The position numbers were made by a program, and so were the translations under genes. The notes beneath the pieces were generated by a model. It was not told the origin of the DNA, did no database searches, and saw only the letters and a list, made by a program, of their open reading frames with translations. Shown here one piece after another: positions 12,428 through 26,146 of a stretch of 64,000 bases of DNA. This DNA is from Heterodontus francisci. Taxonomy: Eukaryota. The stretch lies in contig NC_090389.1 in the NCBI RefSeq assembly GCF_036365525.1, forward strand, positions 36,082,973-36,146,972, written 5' to 3'. Position 1 is the first letter of the stretch, and every line of letters starts with the position of its first letter.

Positions 12428-14520
12428 AGAACATAAGAAATAGGAGCAGGAGTAGGCCATTCGGCCCCTCAAGCGTGCCCTGCCATTCAATAAGATCATG
12501 GCTGATATGCCCCAGAACTCAACTCCTCTTTGGTGCCAGCTCCTCATACCCCTCAACTCCCAGATATTTCAAAAATCTATCTACCTCCTCTTTAAATACT
12601 TTCAGTGATCTAGCCTCCACAACTCTCTGGGGTAGACATTCACTTTTTTTTTTATTCATTCATGGGTTGTGGGCGTTGCTGGCCAGGCCAGCATTTGTTG
12701 CCCATCCCTAATTGCTCTTGAGAAGGTGGTGAGCTGCCTTCTTGAACCACTGCAGTCCATGTGGGGTAGGTACCAACAGTGAAGGAACAGCAATATAGTT
12801 CCAAGTGAGGATGGTGTGTGACTTGGAGGGGAACTTGCAGGTGGTGGTGTTCCCATGCATTTGCTGCCCTTGTCCTTCTAATTGGTAGTGGTCGCGGGTT
12901 TGGAAGGTGCTGTCTAAGTAGCCTTTGTGCGTTGCTGCAGTGCATCTTGTAGATGGTACACATTGCTACCACTGTGCATCAGTGGTGGAGGGAGTGAATG
13001 TTTGTAGATGGGGTGCCAATCAAGCGGGCTGCTTTGTTCTGGATGGTGTCAAGCTTCTTGAGTGTTGTTGGAGCTGCACTCATCCAGGTAAGTGGAGAGT
13101 ATTCCATCACACTCCTGACTTGTTCCTTGTAGATGGTGGATAGGCTTTGGGGAGTCAGGAGGTGAGTTATTCACTGCAGGATTCCTAGCCTCTGACCTGC
13201 TCTTGTAGCCACGGTATTTATATGGCTACTCCAGTTCAGTTTCTGGTCAATGGTAGTCCCTAGGATATTGATAGTGGGGGATTCAGTGATGGTAATGCCA
13301 TTGAATGTCAAGGGGCAATGGTTAGATTCTGTCTTGTTGGAGATGGTCATTGCCTGGCACTTGTGTGGCGCGAATGTTACTTGCCACTTATCAGCCCAAG
13401 CCTGGATATTATCCAAGTCTTGCTGCATTTCTACATGGACTGCTTCAGTGTCTGAGGAGTCATGAATGGTGCTGAACTACTCTCTCAGAGAAGAAATTCC
13501 TTCGCATCTCAGTTTTAAATGAGTGTCCCCTTATTCTGTAACTATGTTCCCTAGTTTGCGATTCCCCCACTAGTGGAAACATCTTCTCAACATCTACCCT
13601 GCCAAGCCCCCTCAGAAGCTTATGCATTTCAATAAGATCACTCCTCATTCTTCTGAACTCTAATGAATAAAGGCCTAACCTGTTTAGCCATTCTTGATAA
13701 GTCAACCCCTTCATCCCAGGAATCAGCCTAGAGAATCTCTTTTGAACTGCCTCCAATGCCAGTATATCCTTTCTTAAATACGGGGACCAGTACTCCAGGT
13801 GTGGCCTTACCAACACCTTATACAGTTGTAACAAGACTTCCCTATTTTTAAACTCCAACCCCCTAGCAATAACTGCCAAAATTCCATTTGCCTTCTTAAT
13901 TACTTGCTACACTTGCATGCTAACTTTTTGTGTTTCATGCACAAGAACACCCAGATCCCTCTGTGTTGCACTTTTTTGAAGTCTCTCTCCATTTAAATAA
14001 TAGTCTGCCTTTTGATTCTTCCTACCAAAGTGTATGACCTCACACTTTCCTACAGAAACTGCATCTGCCAAGTTTTTGCCCACTCACTCAACCTATCTAT
14101 ATCCCCTTGCAGATTCCTTATGTCCTCATCACAACATGCCCTCCCATCTATTTTTGTATCATCAGTAAATTTGGATATATTACACTCTGCCCCCTCCCCC
14201 AAGTCATTAATATAGATATTAAATAATTGAGGCCCCAGGACTGATCCTTGTGTCACTCCACTAGTTACGTCTTTCCAACCTGAAAAAGACCCATTAATCC
14301 TGACTCTCTGTCTTCTGTGAGTTAACCAATCCTCAATCCATGCTAATACATTACCCCTAATACCGTGAGTTCCTATCTTGTGCAATAATCTTTATGTGGC
14401 ACCTTATTGAATGCCTTCTGGAAATCTAAATACACTACATCTACCAGTTTCCCTTGTTATATCCTCAAAGAACTCTAGCAAATTTGTCAAACATGATTTC
14501 CCTTTCACAAAACCATGCTG
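12428..14520 (-). mobile_element. CR1 LINE 3' part (RT), interrupted by a family T copy
   Basis: ORFs GVTQGSVLGPQLFNIYINDL..KFTDDTK and LVRPHLEY; CR1 3' tail at 12428-12480. Confidence 0.9.
12643..13477 (-). mobile_element. Family T LINE 3' fragment
   Basis: MQQDLDNIQAWADKWQVTFAPHKCQ; poly-T and family T tail at 12643-12720. Confidence 0.85.
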
Positions 14521-14559
14521 ACACGGTTTATTATTTTTACATGCAAAAGGGTGTCTTAA

Positions 14560-16090
14560 AGCTTTTCACTTTAGGCAACAGACACCAAGGGAAAGGGAAC
14601 AATGAAGTGTATTATAGTGGATAATGAAAGATATTGTCATTGTGAAAGTTCTGAGATGATTTTTTCAAAGCAAAGGAGGACATGGCAAAACTTAAGGGCC
14701 TAGATATAAAGTTACAAAGGCAGAATCTTAGTGGTTGAAAGAATGATCACCAATGATGGAGAAGAGCGAGTGGGGATGAGAAGTAGCAGAGGGTGTATAT
14801 GGGGACATAAAGCTGTGTGACTAAATTAAGGTGGGTCATGGCCATGGAGAGATTTGAAGGTGAGCACAAAAACTTTCAATTGAATTAAGGGCGGCACAGT
14901 GGCGCAGTGGTTAGCACCGCAGCCTCACAGCTCCAGCAACCCGGGTTCAATTCTGGGTACTGCCTGTGTGGAGTTTGCAAGTTCTCCCTGTGTCTCCGTG
15001 GGTTTTCTCCGGGTGCTCCGGTTTCCTCCCACAAGCCAAAAGACTTGCAGGTTGGTCGGTAAATTGGCCATTATAAAAATTGCCTAGTATAGGTAGGTGG
15101 TAGGGAAATATAGGGACAGGTGGGGATGTGGTAGGAATATGGGATTAGTGTAGGATTAGTATAAATGGGTGGTTGATGGTCGGCACAGACTCGGTGGGCC
15201 GAATGGCCTGTTTCAGTGCTGTATCTCTAAAAAAAAAAGACTGGGGAGCAAGAAGCTAGTTGAGTTTGGAAAGAGCGGGGATCATGGCAGTGCAGAACAT
15301 TGAGTGGGTCAGAACATGGGCTGCAATAGTTTGAACAATTGCAGCTTGTGGATGGTCATTGTAGGGCTGTTAGATAAGTCAAACCTCAAGGTGAGGAAGA
15401 CACTGACAGAGGGTTTTGTTTGGAGGAAGAGGTAGGGGCAGAAATCAGCCGATGTTGCAGAGGTAAAATTGAGTGGATGTAGGAAGAGGGAGGAAACTGA
15501 GCTCGGAGACAATTAGGACACCACATTTCAACAATTTCTGGCTGAGTTATCAGCCAACATGATTGATGAGGTCAAGGCCAGAGTTTTGTAGGTGCTTTGG
15601 GGAGTCAAAACAGAAGGTTTGAGCTAAGCCAACATTGTGCTGGAGGAAATTTTGACTCATCCAGTTTTTGGCTTTGGACTGGCTGCTGGAAACCACTGAA
15701 ATGCCCTCTGAATTCATGAAGAAGGCAGAGAGCTGGAGCTGGGTATCACCAGCATATATCTGGCAACTTCCCAAGTTTCCTGGATGATATTGCCAAAGGG
15801 TAGCAAGTAAATGATGAGCAAGAATTGACCAAAGACATATCTAGAATTAGATCTAAGGTGACTATGAAGGCAGAGGAAGAGAAGCAAATGCCATTGTTGT
15901 GATAGATATGAGCAGAACTAACAGGGAGAAAGCAGTGCCAAAGGGATGGGCAGCAGCAGTGGAGAAACATTGGGGGAGGATGCACTGATGTTGAATGGTG
16001 AGCAGTGTTGAAGGTGGCAGAGAGGTCAAAGGGAACGAGGAGAGATGAAGAGCAGCTGCCAGTTGCGCAGAATATAATTTGTGGCTTTGA
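14560..16090 (-). mobile_element. Highly decayed L2 LINE
   Basis: QIYAGDTQLQLS (YADDTQLYLS-like) and WMSQNFLQHN in ORF 15550-15774. Confidence 0.6.
14889..15238 (+). mobile_element. HE1-type V-SINE (tRNA head, V domain, CR1-derived tail)
   Basis: A box TGGCGCAGTGG, B box GGTTCAATTC, V domain gtgggttttctccgggtgctccggtttcctcccaca, CR1-like tail gggccgaatggcctgtttcagtgctgta and poly-A. Confidence 0.9.
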
Positions 16091-16314
16091 ATAATATTGT
16101 CCTTTAGAGATTGAGCTGGATGGAACTGTTATTAATGAACAGAAAATGAGAAATGTGTTAAATTATCTTCAAGTTATCTTCACTGTAGATCTTCAAGGGA
16201 ATGAATGAGAAAATAAGTTAATATCTAAAGAATTTGGTTTGAAACAGCATAAATACAGGATCTGTACCTGCTCAATGACCAAGAGTTAATGTTATCCAAA
16301 TTTTCAATATAAAT

Positions 16315-17035
16315 GTTAGACCTGGATAACATTCAATCTTTGGCAAGTAAATTTCGACATCCTGGGGATTACCATTGACTAGAAACTGAACTGGACCAGC
16401 CATATATTACTGTGGCTACTAGAGCAGGTTAGAGGCTAGGAATTCTGCAGCGAGTAACTCACCTCCTGAATCCCCAAAGCCTGTCCACCATCTACAAGGC
16501 ACAAGCCAGGAGTGTGATGGAATACTCTCCACTTGCCTGGATGAGTGCAGCTCCAGCAATAGTCAAGAAGCTCGACACCATCCAGGACAAAGCAGCCTGC
16601 TTGATTGGAACCCCATCCACCACCTTCAACATCCACTCCCTTCACAACAATGCTCAGTGGCAGCAGTGTGTACCATCTACAAGATGCACTGCAGCAATGC
16701 ACCAAGGCTCCTTCAACAGCACCTTCCAAACCCATGACCTCTACTACCTAGAAGGACAAGGGCAGCAGATGCATGGGAACACCACCACCTGCAAGTTCCC
16801 CTCCTAGCCTCACACCATCCTGACTTGGAACTATATTGCTATTCTTTCACTGTCACTGGGTCAAAATCCTGGAACTCCCTTCCTAACAGCACTGTGGGTG
16901 TACCTGCACCAGATGGACTTCAGCGGTTCAAGAAGGCAGCTCACCACCACTTTCCCAAGGGCAACTAGGGGTGGACAATAAATGCTGTCCTAGCCAGCGA
17001 CGCCCACATCCCGTGAAAGAATAAATTTTTAAAAA
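16315..17035 (+). mobile_element. Family T LINE 3' fragment
   Basis: MEYSPLAWMSAAP..KKLDTIQDKAACLIG plus the family tail. Confidence 0.85.
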
Positions 17036-17810
17036 GCCACACAATTCCAGGCAATGACCATCTCCAACAAAAGAGAGTCTAACCATCTCTCCTTAACAGT
17101 TAAAGACATTACCATCATCGAATCCCCCACCATCAGCATCCTGTGGGTTACCATTTACAAGAAACTTAAGCAAACCAGCCACATAAATAGTGTAGCTACA
17201 AGAACAGGTCAAAGGCTTGGTATTATGCAGTGAGTGACTCACCACCTGACTCCCCAAAGCCTTTCCATCGTCGAGAAGGCACAAGTCAGGAGTGTGATGG
17301 AATACTCTCCACTTACCTAGATGAGTGCAGCTCCAACAACATTCAAAAAGCTCAACACCATCCAGAACAAAGCAGTCCACTTGATTGGCACATCATCCAC
17401 AGCCTTCGATATTCCCTCTGACCACCACTGGCACACCGTGGCTACAGTGTTTGCTATCTACAAGGTGCACTGCAGCAACTCGCCAAGGTTTCTTCAACAG
17501 CACCTCCCAAATCCGTGAGCTCTACCAGATAGAACAATAAGGGCAGCAGGTGCATGGGAACAGCACTACCTGCAAGTTCCTCTCCAAGTCACATACCATC
17601 CTGACTTGGAAATATGTCACCATTCTTTCACTGTTGCTGGGTCAAAATCCTGGAACTCCCTCCCTAACAGCACTGTAGGGGTACTACACCACATGGACTT
17701 CAGCAATTCAAGAAGGCGGCTCACCACCACCTCCTCAAGGGTAATTAGGGATGGGTAATAAATACTGACCTTGACAGCAATGTCCACATCCCATCAGCGA
17801 ATAAAAAAGA
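17036..17810 (+). mobile_element. Second, tandem family T LINE 3' fragment
   Basis: The same segment follows immediately downstream, with different substitutions. Confidence 0.85.
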
Positions 17811-19499
17811 AATTGAAGAATTATAGATAAATTAATCTAGCAACCAGAGTGGAAAATTATTAAGAATATTTTCTAGGACACAATCATTATTTAACAATGA
17901 AAGACAAAGATCATGATTAGTAGAGAGAATTGATTTAGAAACGTACCGACTCTACTTGAAGCCAATGTGCATTATCAAAAAGCTTTTGAAAATCAATGGT
18001 GTTTTAAAGATTATCTTTCATGGAATTAATAGAAAAGTGACTAGCCAGATTGCAACTATCTTGGCAGTACAAAGCAGAAAAAGACACTTGGCAAAGGCCC
18101 TAATAGGAGCTTTATCTATTTTTATCCTAAAGCTATCAGAAAGAGAAAACATTTCATCCCATTTTAGGCTGATTCTAAACCCAAGTCTTAGAATAAAACA
18201 GATACGATGGGTGTAATTTTTTTACAGCTGTGTGCTGTAGCTACAATATGTGCTATCCACAAAATGCACTCCTGCAAATTGCCCAGGTTTACTTCAAGTA
18301 CCTTCTTGCTCTACTTGGGATCAACATCAGCAAGGGCAACTGGGGATGGGCAACAAAAGTGGCCTTGTCAGAACAGCCCAGAAGCCAAGAACAACATTTT
18401 TTAAAAAGGTCCTGTCTTTGCTGTCACCCTCACTGCTCAGGAGGCCCAATACCAGGAACCTTGCCTTACAAAGTTTCATATTCGTAACCTGGCTGCAGCC
18501 CTCACCTCTTTTCTCTCCCAGTCTGCCTCAAACTTCACAATCACATATCAATATGCCTCTGAGCTCTCAACTTCTTTTGCAGCCATTGTTTAATCTCTTT
18601 TGCAGCTTCACTCAAACTCCCTTAGACTTGCTCCTTGATCCTTTTCGCAGCCGATGTCAGAAGTTGCTTCTTGATCCTTTATTGCATTCAGCAGAAAATA
18701 CCAAATAACATAGTCATTCATAACAAGATTCACATACTTTCCTGCCCCTTATATAAAAGAAGTCTTATGTGGGTTTTATCGATGTATTTAGAAACATAAC
18801 CTGGGCAAAAAGGAAATTATCCCACAGAGCACAGTAAAATCTGAAGATTAGTTTAAGAATGATTTATGTATATCATTCCTCATAAAATCAGATGATTTCC
18901 AGATTCTGTAATGTTTATGAAATGTTTAGTTTTATAAATTTTATGATCCTGAAATTATGAATTTGGGATACAAGCACACCGACATTGAAATTCCACCCTG
19001 CTATTTTAGTGGAATTAATGTCTCAGATAAAACAGCAGTGAAAGAAATTTTAGACAAATATGTTTGAGCAAATTTACATTAGTATCCCGTAGCATCATTT
19101 AAAAGCTTATGATTTTTGTTTACATTTTGAAGAATATTAACTCTTCTTTTCTAACGTTACATTTTATTAATATGTGAACAGAAGTCCTCATTAATTATGT
19201 TTATGAACTTACTTGCCTATGTCAGTTTTCATAACATCAGATGCAGTTCGTCCAATTTTAGAATGAATGGAAGGGTGAAATTAATGAGGGAATTGGGCAC
19301 TTCTTTTCCGCAACACATATTAGTAGTTTTTTTCTGAGTACAGGCTGACAGTAAGGCACCTCACTACTGGTGCATATTGGGAAATGACAGGCAGCATGGC
19401 CATAACTTTTCGTTATGTGATGGTGGCTGAGGAGAAGGTCTCAACAGTAGTTCAGACTTGGAAAATTTGTGCCATTTGTGTAATGCACAGCTTCATATA

Positions 19500-19930
19500 G
19501 CATTTTTACCCCTCTGAGTTTTCTCCCCTCCAATCCTCAATGCACTGATTTACACTGGGATGTGGTTCTGCAAGTGCCAGCCACTCTCTCATATCAACTA
19601 AGTGGCCAATAAAGAGCCGTGATGGTGGGTGACAAGAGACTGTTCAACAGTGAAGGGGTGGGGGCTGGAACTATACCAAGCTTGATCCTACCTTGACCCA
19701 GCATTCATAAACACATACCTTCCAGCAGTGATCACTAGAACATAGCCACGAGTATGATTCTTTGGTGATATTTATTCTTTCCCTCGTTCGGGCAACAAAA
19801 CCTGTTGTAGTGACCATATTATTGCTGTGACTTAGGTCAGCTAATTTAGAGAGATCGAACCTGGGATCTTGCTGGTCTATATGGCTCATTTCCACATTGG
19901 GCAGCGCATTTTCCAACTGAGATACTGGGG
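19500..19930 (-). mobile_element. Old tRNA-derived SINE
   Basis: Minus strand begins ccccagtatctcagttgg..cccaggttcgatctc (A/B-box-like). A possible related body lies at ~34040-34370 (+). Confidence 0.45.
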
Positions 19931-20002
19931 AGCCTTTCAAATGGTGGTTCTTGGCACTTTATTTTTACCGAGCTCCTGCAGAAAGACCTAGCATACACTA
20001 AA

Positions 20003-20172
20003 AGAAGAATATTGCAGATGCTGTAAATTTGAAACGAAAACAGAAAATACTGGAAACATTCAGCAGATCAAGCAGTAAGTGTGGAGAGAGAAAAAGAGTA
20101 ATCTGTTACTCTGCTCTCCGCTCACGCTGCCTGACCTGCTGAGTGTTTCCAGCATTTCTTATTTTTATTCCA
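20003..20172. repeat. Fold-back (palindromic) pair of Penelope termini
   Basis: ctggaaacattcagcagatcaagcag..gagtaa-tctg-ttactc..ctgcctgacctgctgagtgtttccag; centre at ~20103. Confidence 0.8.
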
Positions 20173-23100
20173 GCAATTTACCTTATGTAACTGCATTTTC
20201 TCAGCCTAGAATAGTGGTTTGAATGTCATTCTATTCAGCTCTCTGACCTCCCCAAATCAAGCCTGCATGATTTGCAATGTCCTGATGTAAAGTGAAAATA
20301 TTACTCACTTTTCATGTATGCCTAAGTAAAATAAATGGATTTTTTTTAGTTGTTCCACATGCTAGGTTCTAAACAAGACAGTAGTGGATGAAATGTTTAT
20401 AACATGCCACAACTGGTGTGGAATGGGCTTGTAAAGTTTCAAGTCTTCCAAATGATGTCAGTTGCTGATGTCAAGTAGCGCTGACAGCTGTTATCTGCAT
20501 ATGTCCTTAATATTATATAATGTTGCTTTTAAAATAGTTTTTGCATGCAATCGTTTGGAGAGACAAGGGAAAAATGCTACATATTAAATCAAACTGACAG
20601 ACAGGGAACTGAAAGGACATATCAAGTTACTTCCACTACTCTCTGCCACTGTGCTTTGAGCCATGATGAAGAATCTCTTTCAATGTCTGAAAGGATGCAT
20701 GGGTGCATAATGAAAATACCCACATTTAGTTGAGATGTAATAATTTGTTGAGGACATTTTTTTTCATCTGCAGGTTCGCAGAAGGGAAAACGTGCAGACA
20801 GATGGGCAGTGTTATTTTGTATTGGCTTTTATATACATGCTTGAGGCAAAACTACGTCAAAACAGTTAATGCTGAACAACAAAAATGCATGGAATGAAAT
20901 CCTTTACATTTATATAATCCTTGATTAGCATCATGGTCTAATTTAGTATGCCAAATAATAAGACAAAAAAATCCTTAAAAGTACCCCCAATGCAATCATT
21001 GTAAGTGCATGACTAACTTTGTAATAATAATAGAACTATGTGATAATTCTCTGTAATTTCTACAATTTTAAACATTTAGTGCAATTAGACATTAAGAGAT
21101 GTACTGGTTTACTGAATGAGCTTCAGCCAGTGCCACACAAATCAGGAAACAGCATGTGTATTCCCCATTAATTTAGTGGACAGAAAATCAAGAGGAGCAC
21201 ATCCGTGATTTCCCAATATGCTCTCCCGGCAGGAGTGTATAATTCAGAAAATTAACCCGATAAAGTATTCCTTAATGCAAAAGTGAGAAAGCTCCTGTTT
21301 TATAGTTACAATCGTAAGTGTACAGTTCAAGGTCATTTAACAAATATCAAGTATGATAATAGCACAGACTTGGTGTTTGTCGGAAAAGTGATCAGTGAAC
21401 AAATAAACATTGACAGTGATATGGATTAGAGTAAGGACTACAAATAAAGTGATACTGGAGAAGCCTTGCATACTATAAATTAGCAAAAGAACTAATTTTC
21501 TTTTAATAGTGTAAAGCAGTAAGATAATACCTCAAACTAGTGACTGTATAATGTGAGTGTTGACTGAATTTTGCCTGATATGGAATCTTGCTCCGTGTGG
21601 AATCTCTCATATAATTGAATGATAGATGATTAACGACCTGGATGCCTGACACAGTTAAAGCCTATGTTTTAACAAAGCAAGCGCTGGCTGAGAGTTGCCC
21701 CTGAAAACTGATGTTGACTATTTGATGTATTATACCAAGGGTCAAAAGTTAAAGGAAAAGCTTTACCTGTAGAGATAGCTTTCTCTTACGAGTTGTTACA
21801 GAATTCCATTTGAAATATAGTGACAAAGTGAACATTTACTGTGATTTTTATGGTAATATATTATTTTAGTAATGCAACTTCTGATGTAAGACATAAATTA
21901 ATTATTTGATCTGGTGCCACTGCAATAAATGCACTAACTTAGGTTTTTAAATTATATATTTACTTGCTAATTATTTACATTACCATTGTTGCTACAGGTT
22001 CCAAAATGCTACCAAATTCAGCTATATTGATATAATACAATTTTTATTTTGTAATTATATGTAGGATAGTTTGGTAAGCAGGAAGAATAGATACTTGTCT
22101 TAGTTCTCCAGCATTAGCTGGAGTGTCATATTCTTGAATATATAAGTGTACCAAAACAAGTCAGATGGATCAAACAAGGAAAAACATATTCTTGTAAACT
22201 TTACATAGTGCCAAAAGCATTCACTGCAAAAATAACCAAAATTGAGCTCAAATAGCCATAATGGAAGCTGAAGGTTTAACAGTATCACTATATGTATAAC
22301 TAAGGTTACAAAACAAAACAAGACATCACTTTTGTATGGATGAGAAGGATTAAATCCTGTCTCGTTCTCTGGTCCTACGATTATGACAAGTGGATCTATA
22401 ATTAAAGTTAGTAGCAGGAACTCTGATGGGAACAAAGGCAAATCATCCTGCAAGACCGACATGTTGAGGAATGACCTGCACTGATTCCAGCTTGCTAGAT
22501 CAGTATTGGTTTGGCTTGCACTTGCTGCATTCCTTGTCATGCAACTGGAAACACCAATGATTTGTTCCTATCTGGATAGGAACCCACTTGGATAGAACTG
22601 CTGTCAATCATCTGACTGAGAGGCAGCATCCTTCGTGCTCCAGATACTTTTCCAGGCACTGAAATGGAAATGTGAGTTTTAGTATCAATTAATATATGGG
22701 TCCAAGTATCTATTTAGTGCAAAGTAAGAAACCAAATGAATAAACACTAAGATAGTGCATCCAAAATAAATTGTCAGAAAATTTGTTTATAAATTCAAAG
22801 CTAATTTTGCACTTTATAAGTTATGACAATATGTTTCAACTTGTGATGTAGCATATAGTGCTTGTATCTCAATATGCCTGAGCTGTCATAATTAAAGTCT
22901 CCTATTTTGATTGTTGCATACAAATTGGGTGCAGAATGAAGAATTTGGATTCAGTTGCGTGAGATCTCTCTTAGTGGGCCAGCAAGCACCATGTAGAAAA
23001 CATCAACAAAGAATAGAACTTAAAGGAAATTGTACAAAATATGCACTGCACAAATTTATATATCTGGTAATAGGGCTTACTGTGTTTATTTGTTTTTTTA

Positions 23101-24276
23101 GTGCAGTAAGTTTAGGGTAAGCCGACCAAAATAAAATGTGACTGCATATAGATGTTAGGTGAAATCAGCCATGAAATCCATAGTTTAGTGTTATTTCATA
23201 CATGCAACTGAGCTGACTTATTTGTTACGCTTCATTTAAAGGCAAACTCAGTTATTTTTCAAACTGTTCTCTTCACATGAAATGCACCTAATGGGATATT
23301 AGTGATAATGTTAAATGAAGTGATATCTCTTTCCAAAAGCACTTGAGGAGTTGTATATGTCTGAACAAGTAAGTCACTATTAAAGCAGCTATGAGCAATA
23401 AGCCTGTGTGACATTGTCGTATGAAGCAAGAAAACAGGTAGATTTTCTTGTTTACTTAAGTCTCATTTTGAAATACATTATTTGCCTTTTGCAGTGTCCC
23501 AATGTCCTCTTCAAGAACCAGGTTCTATTTCTATAATAGCAAATGAATCATAGATACAGCACAGAAGGAGGCTATTTGGCCTATCAAACCTGTGCCTGTT
23601 AAAGCTATCAAGTTAGTTCACTCCCCTGCTCTTTCCCCATAGCCTAGCAATTTTTTCCTTTTCAGGTAGTTAGCTAATTCTCTTTTGAATGCTACAGTTG
23701 AATCTGATTGCACCACCCTTTCAGGCAGTATACTTGCTGTATATTTTTTTCCCTCATGTTACCACTGGTTCTTTTGACAATTATCTTAAATCTGTACTTT
23801 CTGTTTACCAGGTCACTGGAAAGTGTTTCCTCTCATTTATTCTATCAAAACTCTTAATGATTTTGAACACCTCAATCAAATCTCAAGGGAGAACAACCCC
23901 AGTTTCGATAATCTCAGCACATAACTGAAGTCTTTTATCCCTGGTGCCATTCGAGTAAATCTCCTCTGCATTCTCTCTAAGCCTTGGCAACCTTCCTGAA
24001 GTGTGATGCTCAGGATTGAACACAGTACCCCAGCTGGGGCCCAACCAGTGTTTCATAAAGGTTTAGCTTCACTTCCTTGCTTTTATACTTTATGCTTCTA
24101 TAGGTAAAGCCAAGGATCCACTATGTCTTTTTAACAGCCTTCCCAACTTGTCCTGCCACCTTCAAAGATTTGTACTTAAACCCCCAGATATTTCTGTTCC
24201 TGCACCTCCATTAAAATAGTGCCATTTAGTTCATATTGCCTCTCCTTATTCTTCCTAGCAAATTGAATCACTTCAC

Positions 24277-25987
24277 TGATGAGTACTTTGCATCAGTATT
24301 CACCAAGGAGAAGGACGTGGTGGATGATGAGCCTAGGGAAGGGAGTGTGGATAGTCTCAGTGATCTCATTATCAAAAAGGAGGAGGTGTTGGGTGTCTTG
24401 CAAAGCATTAAGGTAGATAAGTCCCCAGGGCCTGACGGGATCTACCCCAGAATACTGAGGGAGGCAAGAGAAGAAATTGCTGGGGCCTTGACAGAAATCT
24501 TTGCATCCTCATTGGCTACAGGTGAGGCCCCAGAGGACTAGAGAATAGCCAATGTTGTTCCTTTGTTTAAGAAGGGTAGCAAGGATAATCCAGGAAATTA
24601 TAGGCCGGTGAGCCTTATGTCAGTGGTAGGGAAATTATTAGAGAGGATTCTTCGGGACAGGATTTACTCCCATTTGGAATCAAACGAACTTCTTAGCGAG
24701 AGGCAGCATGGTTTTGTGAAGGGGAGGTCGTGTCTCACTAATTTGATTGAGTTTTTTGAGGAAGTGACAAAGATGATTGATGAAGGGAGGGCATTGGATG
24801 TTATCTATATGGACTTTAGTAAAGCCTTTGACAAGTTCCCTCATGGCAGACTGATACAAAAGGTGAAGTCACATGGGATCAGAGAGGAGCTGGCAAGATG
24901 GATACAGAACTGGCTCAGTCATAGAAGACAGAGGGTAGCAGTGGAAGGGCGCTTTTCTGAATGGAGGGATGTGACTAGTGGTGTTCCGCAGGGATCAGTG
25001 CTGGGACCTTTGCTGTTTGTAGTATATATAAATGATTTGGAGGAAAATGTAGCTGGTCTGATTAGTAAGTTTGCGGACGACACAAAGGTTGGTGGAGTTG
25101 CGGACAGTGATGAGGATTGTCAGAGAATACAGCAGGATATCGATCAGTTGGAGACTTGGATGGAGAAATGGCAGATGGAGTTTAATCCGGACAAATGTGA
25201 GGTAATGCATTTTGGAAGGTCTAATGCAGGTGGGAAGTATACAGTAAATGGCAGAACCCTTGGGACTATTGACAGGCAGAGAGATCTGGGCGTACAGGTC
25301 CACAGGTCACTGAAAGTGGCAACGCAGGTGGATAAGGAAGTCAAGAAGGCATACGGCATGCTTGCCTTCATCAGTGGGGCATAGAGTACAAAAATTGGCA
25401 AGTCATGCTGCAGCTGTACAGAACTTTAGTTAGGCCACACTTAGAATATTGCATGCAATTCTGGTCGCCACACTACCAGAAGGACGTGGAGGCTTTGGAG
25501 AGGGTACAGAAGAAGTTTACCAGGTTGTTGCCTGGTCTGGAGGGCATTAGCTATGAGGAGAGGTTGGATAAACTCGGATTGTTTTCACTGGAACGACGGA
25601 GGTGGAGGGGCAACGTGATAGAGGTTTACAAAGTTATAAGCGACATGGACAGAGTGGATAGTCAGAAGCTTTTTCCCAGGGTGGAAGAGTCAGTTACTAG
25701 GAGACATAGGTTTAAGGTGAGAGGGGCAAAGTTTAGAGGGGATGTGCGAGGCAAGTTCTTTACACAGAGGGTGGTGAGTGCCTGGAACGTTTTGCCGGGG
25801 GAGGTGATGGAAGCAGGTACCATAGAGACATTTAAGAGGCATCATGACAAATACATGAATCGGATGGGAATAGAGGGACATGGATCCCGGAAGTGCAGAA
25901 GGTTTTAGTTTAGGCAGGCATCAAGATCGGCGCAGGCTTGGAGGGCCGAATGACCTGTTCCTGTGCTGTACTGTTCTTTGTTCTTTG
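24277..25987 (+). mobile_element. 5'-truncated CR1 LINE (RT)
   Basis: KSPGPDG, NYRPVSL, GVPQGSVLGP and FADDTK motifs with a stop and a frameshift; (gttcttt)n tail; TSD ttcac. Confidence 0.95.
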
Positions 25988-26146
25988 TTCACAATTATTT
26001 GCATTGAATTTCATCTGCCGTGAGTCTGTACTTGCACCAGTTTTTCGATATCCTTCTAAACTCTGTTGCTATCCTTTTCCTCCTCTGAGTTTTGTGACAT
26101 CTGCAAACTTAGAAATTATGCCCTGTATACCCATGTCCAGGACATT

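Noticed and set aside
14889-14960. tRNA gene (also 61661-61750 and the SINE head near 54640-54708)
   Set aside because: A/B boxes are present, but there is no complete cloverleaf and each continues into a retroposon body.
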